Notes: generated by a model not told the origin, from the letters alone. A stretch of 27,083 nt of DNA from a virus (IMGVR_UViG_3300049173_000047:1-27083), one strand, 5' to 3'; shown: positions 7,636-14,074, counted from the first letter of the stretch. Program-made: numbers and translations.

Positions 7636-8265
7636 ATGCCGCCAGTTGCGCGCCACAGGCGGATCGCTGCTGACATCCAGCGCCGTATCGCCGCCGGCGA
7701 GTGGCGGCCGGGCCAGGATCTGCCTTCGAGAGCCGAGCTAGCTGCCGAACTCGGCGTTCACGAACAAACGGTGCGTCTCGCCTACGTTCTCCTGCGCCGG
7801 GCCGGCGTTCTGGAAGGCGAGCAGCGCCGGGCCGTGTATGTGGCGCATCCTCCACCTATGCGCACTCTCACGGACGCGGACGCCGAGTGGCCGTATTCCA
7901 GCGAGACCACCGACACCCGCCCGCGCGCCGCCACGGTGGAGCTTGCGGAGCGGCTTGGCGTCCACGAAGGCGCGATGCTTCGGCACGAGACGGTGGAGTG
8001 CCTGGACCCGGGCGGCAGGTCGGCGATGCTCGTATCGTCGTGGTGGCGTGGTCAGCGTCAGCCGCATGCTTCCTATACGGCTGAGCTGGGTGTGGTGTCG
8101 CTGACCGAGGAGCAGGCGCACGCGTTGGGGCTGCTGGTGGACGCTGTTGCGTTCCGTGTGGTGCGTACTCGCCTCGACCATTTAGGTCGCCCCCTGGAAA
8201 CGTCCGATCTGATTTTGCCGATGGATCGTTGGTTGGTTCGTCTTGCGCCCATGCGTGAGCAGTGA
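7636..8265 (+). CDS. GntR-family regulator with degenerate UTRA-like C-terminus (HutC/KorSA type); contains a TTA codon
   Basis: RIAADIQRRIAAGEWRPGQDLPSRAELAAELGVHEQTVRLAY..L...G; C-terminal VVRTRLDHLGRPLETS; in-frame TTA at 8182-8184. Confidence 0.85.
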   Translation: MPPVARHRRIAADIQRRIAAGEWRPGQDLPSRAELAAELGVHEQTVRLAYVLLRRAGVLEGEQRRAVYVAHPPPMRTLTDADAEWPYSSETTDTRPRAATVELAERLGVHEGAMLRHETVECLDPGGRSAMLVSSWWRGQRQPHASYTAELGVVSLTEEQAHALGLLVDAVAFRVVRTRLDHLGRPLETSDLILPMDRWLVRLAPMREQ

Positions 8266-8459
8266 GCGCTTTCATGTCGGGCGTTGGGGGGCGCCCGGGT
8301 CACGAGTAAAGCCGAGTTTCGGCCGTGTGGGAAGGTGTCCCCTGCATATTTGTTGACCTTTAGTCGACATGCTGTCTCTTTGCGTAACCGCTGGTGGGGC
8401 GTTGGCCAAACGTTCCTGCGGGTAACCCTGCCGAGCGCATGAGCGCCACCCGGGAAGGG

Positions 8460-8633
8460 TCAGGACCGCTCGATACGGGCCACCCGCTTGCGGTGGCAGC
8501 GGTGGCCGCATCGCGTCAGCGGCACAGCCGGCCCGGCCCCCGCCTGTAGATCGACGTTCCCGTCGCAGTGCCCGCACTCGCCAATCCGGCAGGGCCCGCA
8601 CACGTCGCGTAGCTCGCCGGCCGCCCCGGTCAC
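8460..8633 (-). CDS. Small Cys/His-rich protein (57 aa; CGPC..GECGHC...CGHRCH)
   Basis: GTG at 8633 in a GTGA overlap with the upstream gene; 3' part of track ORF 8460..8759. Confidence 0.55.
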   Translation of the reverse strand: MTGAAGELRDVCGPCRIGECGHCDGNVDLQAGAGPAVPLTRCGHRCHRKRVARIERS

Positions 8634-8809
8634 AGGGTGCCTCGCAATCCGGCGGGTGATTGGGCGGGGCACACGTAGACGGGGCCGAGACCTGCGCCGC
8701 TGGGTGATAACCGTTCTCCGATGCGGATGCCCGAATGGTCGCGGCTGCCGCAGGGGCACGGTTCGTCGGCGGTCTGGTGCTCAGGCGGGGGTTCCGTAGG
8801 CTCGTCCAC
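8630..8809 (-). CDS. Small Cys-containing protein (59 aa; CPC...SGAG..VYVCP), divergent from GntR; contains a TTA codon
   Basis: GAGGAG RBS before GTG 8809; in-frame TTA at 8710-8708. Confidence 0.55.
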   Translation of the reverse strand: MDEPTEPPPEHQTADEPCPCGSRDHSGIRIGERLSPSGAGLGPVYVCPAQSPAGLRGTL

Positions 8810-8971
8810 GTCGACGCTCCTCAACAGCGTTGGCCATGCCCCCGGGCCGTGACCGCGGCCGCGGGGGTCTCGTGCAATTGCAGGCTAGTCCTGCTTGTAT
8901 CGGTCTGTCTCGCGACGTCTCGATACGTAGCCCGAGATGCTGGCTTGTGGTGCCCTGTCTAGCTTCGGATC

Positions 8972-9232
8972 ATGGCGACTGATCCGGACGCGGAGATTGA
9001 CCACGAGGGTCCTGTCACTCCTTATCGGCAGCTCGCCGAGATCCTGAAGGCCCGGATCGCGCGCGGCGACTGGGCGGAAGGCAGGCCGATCGCCTCGGAG
9101 ACGCGGCTGGTGCAGGAGTACGGGATCGCCCGGACCACCGTGCGCCGCGCTCTCGACGTTCTTGTTGAGGAGCGGGTCGTGTGGAAGGTGCAGGGGCGCG
9201 GAACCTACGTCGGACAGCCGCCCGCCTCATGA
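8972..9232 (+). CDS. Stand-alone GntR winged-HTH regulator, probably leaderless
   Basis: PYRQLAEILKARIARGDW..GRPIASETRLVQEYGIARTTVRRAL..L..E..V.KVQGRGTYV; TAGCTT-N6-ATG. Confidence 0.9.
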   Translation: MATDPDAEIDHEGPVTPYRQLAEILKARIARGDWAEGRPIASETRLVQEYGIARTTVRRALDVLVEERVVWKVQGRGTYVGQPPAS

Positions 9233-9265
9233 GTCGTTGACAGTGGTCGTCGATAGAATCACGGC

Positions 9266-9466
9266 GTGTCCCCCACTCCCCCGGAGCGCTCTCCGTCGCG
9301 CACGGCCGCCGACCTTGCGGCCGAGCTCAACGAGCGCATCCGCGCCCTGTGGGCCGGTCGTGGACACCCGGCGCCACCCCTGTCGGAGGCGCAGCGGGCC
9401 GAGTACCAGCGGCTGCTCGCCGAGCTCGACCGGGTCACGCGCGGAGACGTCACGACGGCCGCTTAA
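9266..9466 (+). CDS. Hypothetical protein (66 aa), probably leaderless
   Basis: High GC3; RTAADLAAELNERIRALW...LSEAQRAEYQRLL; TAGAAT-N6-GTG. Confidence 0.7.
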   Translation: MSPTPPERSPSRTAADLAAELNERIRALWAGRGHPAPPLSEAQRAEYQRLLAELDRVTRGDVTTAA

Positions 9467-9475
9467 GATCCCCGA

Positions 9476-9712
9476 GTGGCACACACCTTCGAAGACCTCG
9501 TGCAGCTTGAGCAGGCCGCCGTCCGCGCGCACCAGCACTACCTCTCCCCCGGCGTTGACGACCTCGACGCCGCCCGGCAAGCGTTGATCGACGCGGCAGC
9601 CGCCTTCCAGACCGCCGTTACCGAACACGCGGCAGCCGAAGGGGCGAGCCGAGTCGACGTGGAGATGGCCGTCAAGAAGGCCGTCCGGCACCCGGCAGAA
9701 GCCACCGCCTGA
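9476..9712 (+). CDS. Hypothetical helical protein (78 aa), probably leaderless
   Basis: High GC3; TAAGAT-N6-GTG; followed by a hairpin. Confidence 0.75.
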   Translation: MAHTFEDLVQLEQAAVRAHQHYLSPGVDDLDAARQALIDAAAAFQTAVTEHAAAEGASRVDVEMAVKKAVRHPAEATA

Positions 9713-9721
9713 AAGCAGCGA

Positions 9722-9753
9722 CCCCCTGTCGGGGTTCCACGCTCGACAGGGGG
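9722..9753 (+). terminator. Hairpin terminator
   Basis: CCCCCTGTCG...CGACAGGGGG 10-bp stem after stop 9712. Confidence 0.65.
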
Positions 9754-9781
9754 CGACAGCAGCAAACCCGCGCTTGGCTAG

Positions 9782-10078
9782 ATGCCTGCAACGGATACGA
9801 CCATGCTACGAGCCGGCACTGACAACCGGGCCGCGCGACAAGCGGTACTCGTCGACCGGCGGGGCGTCTCCGTACACGTCCTCGACGGCGGCGCCTTCCT
9901 CAACTACCGCGGGGGCTTCATCTACGGCCGGGACTTCCTCAGGGATCATGCGGGAAGCATGGCAGAGCCTCATGGCTCCTCCGGCCAGGTCGTCAACACG
10001 ACGTCCGTCTCCTCGTCGACGAGGGTGATGCGGGCGTCCGGCAGGGTGCCCCAGCTCCCCACCCACACCGCCAACTGA
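9782..10078 (+). CDS. Uncertain ORF or gene remnant
   Basis: Codons ~9840-9945 (AVLVDRRGVSVHVLDGGAFLNYRGGFIYGRDFL) look coding, but the last 109 nt overlap the convergent gene. Confidence 0.3.
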   Translation: MPATDTTMLRAGTDNRAARQAVLVDRRGVSVHVLDGGAFLNYRGGFIYGRDFLRDHAGSMAEPHGSSGQVVNTTSVSSSTRVMRASGRVPQLPTHTAN

Positions 10079-10167
10079 TCCCGCGCCGTCGCCTCCAGCG
10101 ACCACCAGCCCTGCATCACCGGGCGGCCGGCGGACGTGAGGGTGAGGTGGAAGCGTTCCGCGTTCAC
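9970..10167 (-). CDS. Small Trp-rich hypothetical protein (65 aa), coupled to mini-LexA
   Basis: GTGA overlap at 10164-10167; RFHLTLTSAGRPVMQGWW...TLVDEETDVVLTTWP. Confidence 0.75.
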   Translation of the reverse strand: MNAERFHLTLTSAGRPVMQGWWSLEATARDQLAVWVGSWGTLPDARITLVDEETDVVLTTWPEEP

Positions 10168-10388
10168 GTGAGCCGGATCCCTCTTGACCGCCGCGGCTCG
10201 CGGACGATCGCTGCCTTCGCCTCCAGTTCGCCCAGCTGGTAGTGGACGGAGGCGCGGCTGCGCAGGCCGACCGCGGCGCCGATCTCGACGAGGCTCGGCG
10301 CTTCCCCGTGTTCTGCGATGGCCTCGCGGATGACTCGCAGGATGCGCTCCTGGGTGGTGGTGAGGTAGTCGACCTTGTGCTGGGCCAT
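10164..10388 (-). CDS. LexA N-terminal DNA-binding-domain-only protein (74 aa)
   Basis: LTTTQERILRVIREAIAEHGEAPSLVEIGAAVGLRSRASVHYQLGELEAKAAIVREPRRSRGI follows the LexA wHTH pattern. No Ala-Gly site or Ser-Lys protease domain. Confidence 0.85.
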   Translation of the reverse strand: MAQHKVDYLTTTQERILRVIREAIAEHGEAPSLVEIGAAVGLRSRASVHYQLGELEAKAAIVREPRRSRGIRLT

Positions 10389-10396
10389 GACCCCAA

Positions 10397-10412
10397 TAGA
10401 GCACGTGTTCGA
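10397..10412. promoter_or_regulatory. LexA (SOS) box between divergent mini-lexA and DUF6233-like genes
   Basis: TAGAGC-ACGT-GTTCGA: perfect right half, 2 mismatches in the left half versus TCGAAC-N4-GTTCGA, within a 45-bp divergent gap. Confidence 0.65.
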
Positions 10413-10433
10413 ATTTTGGTGCAAGCTGGAGTC

Positions 10434-10772
10434 GTGACCGATCTGCCGCCCGACCTGCCCAGACTCCGCACCCTGGAGACCTGGCTCGCCCTCACCCTCG
10501 ACCAGGTGCGGGCGGCAATCACGGCAGCCGAAAAGCGGGAAGCCGAACGGCAGACGGGCATCGAACGTCGGCCGCCCCCGCCCGACTGGCTCCTCGAAGT
10601 CGGCCTCAACCGGGACGCGCCGCCCGTCCAGGTCCACGTCGGCGGATGCTGGAACGCCGGCAAACGCATCCGGGGCATCGGCCGGGACGAAGCGCTACGG
10701 GCGCTCGCCGACGGGGTCAAAGCCTGCGGAGCCTGCCGGCCCGACACGGAGCTCGGCTACCTCGACGGTTAG
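10434..10772 (+). CDS. DUF6233-like protein (N-terminal coiled coil, HxGxC...CxxCxP)
   Basis: PPPPDWLLE...VHVGGCW...EALRALADGVKACGACRPDTELG; start at GTG 10434 (CAAGCT-N6-GTG). Confidence 0.8.
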   Translation: MTDLPPDLPRLRTLETWLALTLDQVRAAITAAEKREAERQTGIERRPPPPDWLLEVGLNRDAPPVQVHVGGCWNAGKRIRGIGRDEALRALADGVKACGACRPDTELGYLDG

Positions 10773-10921
10773 GCGCTCTTCGCCTTCCGCGCTGTCGTCT
10801 TCTTCGCTCTGGCGCCGCTCCAGATGGTTCATAGAAAACGGCATATCCGGCAAACGGCTCGAATAGGGCATGGCTCGATGGGCACTCCGACCCGTGAACC
10901 CCCACACGAACGGAGCAACTA

Positions 10922-11215
10922 ATGATCATCAAGAGTCTGCACGACATGGGCATCCGCAGCGAACACGCCTACACCGCAGCCATAGTCTCCATCGGCCTGT
11001 CCGTCTTCACCTGGGCCACCAGCCTCAACGCCGAACCCGGCGGCCACGCCGACCTCGCCCGCGCCGACCGCTGGGGCATCTTCGTCGGCGAATGGGCACC
11101 CACCTTCTTCGGCCTCGGTGTCGCCCTCTCCCACTACGAGCAGAGCGAAGGCACCCTCACCACCAGCGTCCGCGACCTCTGGGTGGAGAAGAAGCAAGAA
11201 CACCAGGCCGGCTGA
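10922..11215 (+). CDS. Small membrane protein with 2 hydrophobic segments (moron)
   Basis: GGAG RBS; AYTAAIVSIGLSVFTW and RWGIFVGEWAPTFFGLGVAL; own terminator. Confidence 0.8.
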   Translation: MIIKSLHDMGIRSEHAYTAAIVSIGLSVFTWATSLNAEPGGHADLARADRWGIFVGEWAPTFFGLGVALSHYEQSEGTLTTSVRDLWVEKKQEHQAG

Positions 11216-11223
11216 CAGCAAGC

Positions 11224-11253
11224 GCCCGCCTCGACGGGGGTGGCGAGGCGGGC
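11224..11253 (+). terminator. Hairpin terminator
   Basis: GCCCGCCTCG...CGAGGCGGGC 10-bp stem. Confidence 0.65.
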
Positions 11254-11327
11254 CTGCGGACAGTGTGGCACGGGGCGCCAGGAGGAGCGGGGGGAACGTC
11301 TCGGCGAAATGGCCTTACCGTCCAGAC

Positions 11328-11534
11328 ATGAGCCGACCGAAGACCATCTACAGCCAGTCCGAAGCCAGCCGCCTCCGACCCGCACCCTGCATTCACTGCG
11401 GCAAGACCAGCCGCGTCGACCGCCGCATCCAAGACGACGGCAGCGACACCGTGAACCCCGACGTGTCCGTCCTCTGGTACTGCCCAGACGTCCTCTGCGT
11501 CGGGCACGACGGCTTCTCGATCGAGAGCCAGTAG
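11328..11534 (+). CDS. Small Zn-ribbon-like protein (68 aa; CIHC...WYCPDVLC), probably leaderless
   Basis: TACCGT-N6-ATG at 11328; high GC3; 3' part of track ORF 11118..11534. Confidence 0.7.
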   Translation: MSRPKTIYSQSEASRLRPAPCIHCGKTSRVDRRIQDDGSDTVNPDVSVLWYCPDVLCVGHDGFSIESQ

Positions 11535-11545
11535 GCTGACGCAGC

Positions 11546-11578
11546 AGCGCCCCGCCCAATTTGCCTGGGCGGGGCGCT
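11546..11578. terminator. Bidirectional hairpin terminator
   Basis: AGCGCCCCGCCCA-N7-TGGGCGGGGCGCT 13-bp stem between convergent stops. Confidence 0.8.
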
Positions 11579-11581
11579 CGC

Positions 11582-12007
11582 TCACTTTGCGGGCGTGGCG
11601 TAGGACCGGAACCCAATTCGCTCCGCTTCCGCGGCCAGTGTCTCGCGCCAGCCGTCCGGCGGCGGGTGCTCGGTGTCCTCGCCGTCACCCCGGTAGTACA
11701 GCCAGGGCTCCGGGTAGGCGCTGGTGGTGATGAACTCAATGCCGAGCCGCTGCGCGTCGGCGAGCAGCGCGTCCACAGCTACGGACAGTCCGCTCCGGAT
11801 CTTCGCATTGCGCACTGGGTAGCGGGTGTACAGCGTCCCTTCAGTGGAGACATGCCCCGCGTCGGGATCGTTGTTGGCGAACCCGTCGTCGCTGTAGTCG
11901 AGCTTGGCGTGCCAGCCTCCGTATGGCTCGTCGTGGATGCGCTCGGCGAGGGGTGCCCAGGTCACGGTGATGCCAGTGGACCAGTAACGGCCCGACTTGC
12001 TGATCAT
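11582..12007 (-). CDS. Hypothetical protein (141 aa) coupled to the resolvase
   Basis: ATGA overlap with the resolvase stop; GAAAGGA RBS. Confidence 0.8.
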   Translation of the reverse strand: MISKSGRYWSTGITVTWAPLAERIHDEPYGGWHAKLDYSDDGFANNDPDAGHVSTEGTLYTRYPVRNAKIRSGLSVAVDALLADAQRLGIEFITTSAYPEPWLYYRGDGEDTEHPPPDGWRETLAAEAERIGFRSYATPAK

Positions 12008-12579
12008 GCTTGGGTCCTTTCCAGATACCGGTAGATGGTGGTGCGGGCGACGCCGAGTTCGTCGGCGATGTCCTGCACCGTGTGCTTGCGCTTACCGTCG
12101 TCGCCGAGCTCGTCGTACATCTCCTGAGCGAGCTTGACCTGGCGGGGCTTGAGGGCCTGCTTCCTGCCCCCGACCCTCCCCCGCGCACGGGCGGCGGCGA
12201 GTCCGTCGTGGGTGCGTTCGACCATCATGGCGTGCTCGAACTCTGCGATGGCGCCGAGGATCTGAAAGAACATGCGGCCCGTATGCGTGCTCGTGTTGAT
12301 GCCTTGGTCGAGGACGACGAGATCGACCTTCTGTTCTCGCAGCCGGTCCGACAGCTCGATGAGGTTCTTCAGGGAGCGGCCGAGCCGGTCCAACTTGGTG
12401 ATGACGAGCTCGTCTCCTTCGCGTGCGGCGATGAGGGCCTTGTCGAGCTCGGGTCGAGAGGCGAGCTTGCCGGACGCCTTGTCGACGAAGATGCGGTCGC
12501 AGTTCGCTGCGGCGAGGGCGTCCTCCTGTGCCTCGGGGTGCTGATCGCGGGTCGAGACCCGCCCGTATCCGATTCTCAT
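12004..12579 (-). CDS. Small serine recombinase (resolvase/invertase) with C-terminal HTH
   Basis: MRIGYGRVST.DQ (catalytic Ser), KLDRLGRSL, AEFE...ERT..GLAAARARGRVGGRK, IADELGVARTTIYRYL; TACACT-N6-ATG at 12579. Confidence 0.95.
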   Translation of the reverse strand: MRIGYGRVSTRDQHPEAQEDALAAANCDRIFVDKASGKLASRPELDKALIAAREGDELVITKLDRLGRSLKNLIELSDRLREQKVDLVVLDQGINTSTHTGRMFFQILGAIAEFEHAMMVERTHDGLAAARARGRVGGRKQALKPRQVKLAQEMYDELGDDGKRKHTVQDIADELGVARTTIYRYLERTQA

Positions 12580-12706
12580 AACCCTAGTGTAGCGATACTC
12601 GAACCGTTTGTGCGACATAGTTGAGGACACGAGTTTGCGTCAGAACTGTCCTGCGGCAACGTACTTGCGCGGCGCGAGCCCATCTTTCGTTCGTTTGCGG
12701 ACACAC
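12580..12706. promoter_or_regulatory. res-like site and promoter upstream of the resolvase
   Basis: Lower-GC tract with repeated half-site-like words TTTGTGCGACA, GTTGAGGACA, TTTGCGTCAGA, TTTGCGGACA. This is the usual position of res. Confidence 0.5.
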
Positions 12707-12707
12707 G

Positions 12708-12739
12708 GAAACGCCCCCGCAGCCGAAGCTGCGGGGGCG
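12708..12739 (-). terminator. Terminator of the late/lysis operon
   Basis: 12-bp perfect stem CGCCCCCGCAGC, TTCG loop on the - strand, followed by TTT. Confidence 0.85.
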
Positions 12740-12742
12740 CGG

Positions 12743-12838
12743 TCAGTCCTCGTCGTCGTCGGGAGGCGGCATCGGTGGCGGCTCGCGGAACGGGTACGGC
12801 GACAGCCAGAACGGGGGCGGGGGTTCATCGTCCGGCAT
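12743..12838 (-). CDS. 31-aa Pro/Asp-rich peptide MPDDEPPPPFWLSPYPFREPPPMPPPDDDED (not in the ORF track)
   Basis: GGAG RBS; starts 3 nt after the upstream stop and ends 3 nt before the terminator; GC-ending codons. Confidence 0.7.
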   Translation of the reverse strand: MPDDEPPPPFWLSPYPFREPPPMPPPDDDED

Positions 12839-12841
12839 CGG

Positions 12842-13168
12842 TCACACTCCAGTTCGATCACGGGACTCCCGCTGGGCTTGCAGCAGGATGCGGATGCGCT
12901 GCGCGATCAGCGCGCTGATCGCCAGTGCGAGCAGGGTCCGCACGCCCCGCATGACGACGGCGAAACAGCCATCAGGCCACAGGGTGACCAGGACGGTGTA
13001 CAAGAACAGCAGCCCGATCGCGGCCGGCAGACCCATCAAGTTGCGGCCCGTCTCCGACCGCCACCACGTGGTCTTCACGTGGTAGGTGACGACGAATGCA
13101 GCACAGACCAGCGTGGCCAGCGCCGACGCAACCATGTTCACCCACATGTCGACGCCCATCTCTCTCAC
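12842..13168 (-). CDS. Membrane protein with ~3 TM segments, putative holin-like lysis protein
   Basis: Three hydrophobic stretches, WWRSETGRNLM motif; GTGA overlap (alternative ATG nearby). Confidence 0.75.
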   Translation of the reverse strand: MREMGVDMWVNMVASALATLVCAAFVVTYHVKTTWWRSETGRNLMGLPAAIGLLFLYTVLVTLWPDGCFAVVMRGVRTLLALAISALIAQRIRILLQAQRESRDRTGV

Positions 13169-13377
13169 TGCGGTGCTCCTCTGAACGCGGCCTCGATCCG
13201 CTCGCGGAAGTGGTTCTCCTCGCGGGCCCGGCGGAGTTTCGCGGCAACGGCAGTGACGAGGGGCTGCCGGGCCTCTGCCTGCTCGCGTGCTGCGATGGCC
13301 CGTTCCAAGGCAACCTCGGAGGGCCGCTGTTCGGTCCGGTCACGTCCGGGTGCGAGGCGCCTGATCCATGCGATCAC
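13165..13377 (-). CDS. Small basic helical lysis-region protein
   Basis: 70 aa, GAGGTGAG RBS, C-terminal REENHFRERIEAAF. Confidence 0.75.
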   Translation of the reverse strand: MIAWIRRLAPGRDRTEQRPSEVALERAIAAREQAEARQPLVTAVAAKLRRAREENHFRERIEAAFRGAPQ

Positions 13378-13657
13378 CGCCGCTCACCTCCTCGTCCGCG
13401 TGCCCCGGGTGGGGTAGTGCGGTGAGGATGTGCCCGCCGAGCCGTGCCATCTCCAGGAGCTCCCCGGTTTGCTCGTGCTCGACCTTGCGGGCCTTCTCGG
13501 ACTCCAGGTATGCCTGCCGCCAGTTGTCGCGATCAGCGATGGCGTCTTCGTGGGTGCGTCTGGGTACGAGCCGGCCGGTCAGGATCAGCAGGATGACGAA
13601 GGTGAGGAGTGCACCGAGTCCGGCGTCGCTCGCGTTGATGCCGAAGACCTCACTCAC
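13340..13657 (-). CDS. Single-TM plus coiled-coil lysis-region protein
   Basis: GLGALLTFVILLILTGRLVPRRTH; GGGAGGG RBS. Confidence 0.8.
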   Translation of the reverse strand: MSEVFGINASDAGLGALLTFVILLILTGRLVPRRTHEDAIADRDNWRQAYLESEKARKVEHEQTGELLEMARLGGHILTALPHPGHADEEVSGGDRMDQAPRTRT

Positions 13658-13693
13658 CGCGCGCCCTCCCCGAGCCGTAAACCGTCCACCTAC

Positions 13694-14074
13694 TCAGACG
13701 CCCGTCGGTCCTGCCTTCACGGGGCTGGACTGTTCGAGGCTCACGGCTGGCACGGGGGCGGTGACGCGTTCGCGCAGCCACAGGGTGATGAGCGCGGCGA
13801 TCGCGGCCATGACCTTGGATTGGTGGTCGGCGGACCAGTCGAGTCCGAGGCCGACGCAGAGGGCCATGACGGCCTGTGCGAACTGGACGAGCATCGCGGC
13901 GAGTGCGCCGTTCTTCAGGACGATCGCGGTGATGACGCCGACGGCGGCAGCGGAGGCGGCGTTGATCGCGGTCTGGGTGCCGTCGGAGATGTCGACGCCG
14001 AACGCCGACAGTGCCTGAAGCAGGGCGGCGATGAAGCCGAGCAGGTAGACGGGCTCTCTGCCGAAGATCTTCAT
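13694..14074 (-). CDS. Putative holin with ~4 TM segments (MKIFGREP...)
   Basis: ATGA overlap at 14071-14074; hydrophobic 126-aa protein ending LRERVTAP; downstream of the endolysin. Confidence 0.8.
   Translation of the reverse strand: MKIFGREPVYLLGFIAALLQALSAFGVDISDGTQTAINAASAAAVGVITAIVLKNGALAAMLVQFAQAVMALCVGLGLDWSADHQSKVMAAIAALITLWLRERVTAPVPAVSLEQSSPVKAGPTGV

Noticed and set aside
7404-7676. 90-aa - strand ORF with ATGA overlap to the 7171..7407 gene
   Set aside because: Poor codon bias; spans the SOS box and promoter and overlaps the GntR start, so treated as regulatory DNA.
9237-9259. TTGACA as the -35 element for the 9266 gene
   Set aside because: Only 11 nt from TAGAAT, too short for a sigma70-type promoter.
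12599-12615. Third SOS box TCGAAC-CGTTT-GTGCGA upstream of the resolvase
   Set aside because: Spacer is 5 nt rather than 4 and the right half mismatches; better explained as part of the res-like tract.
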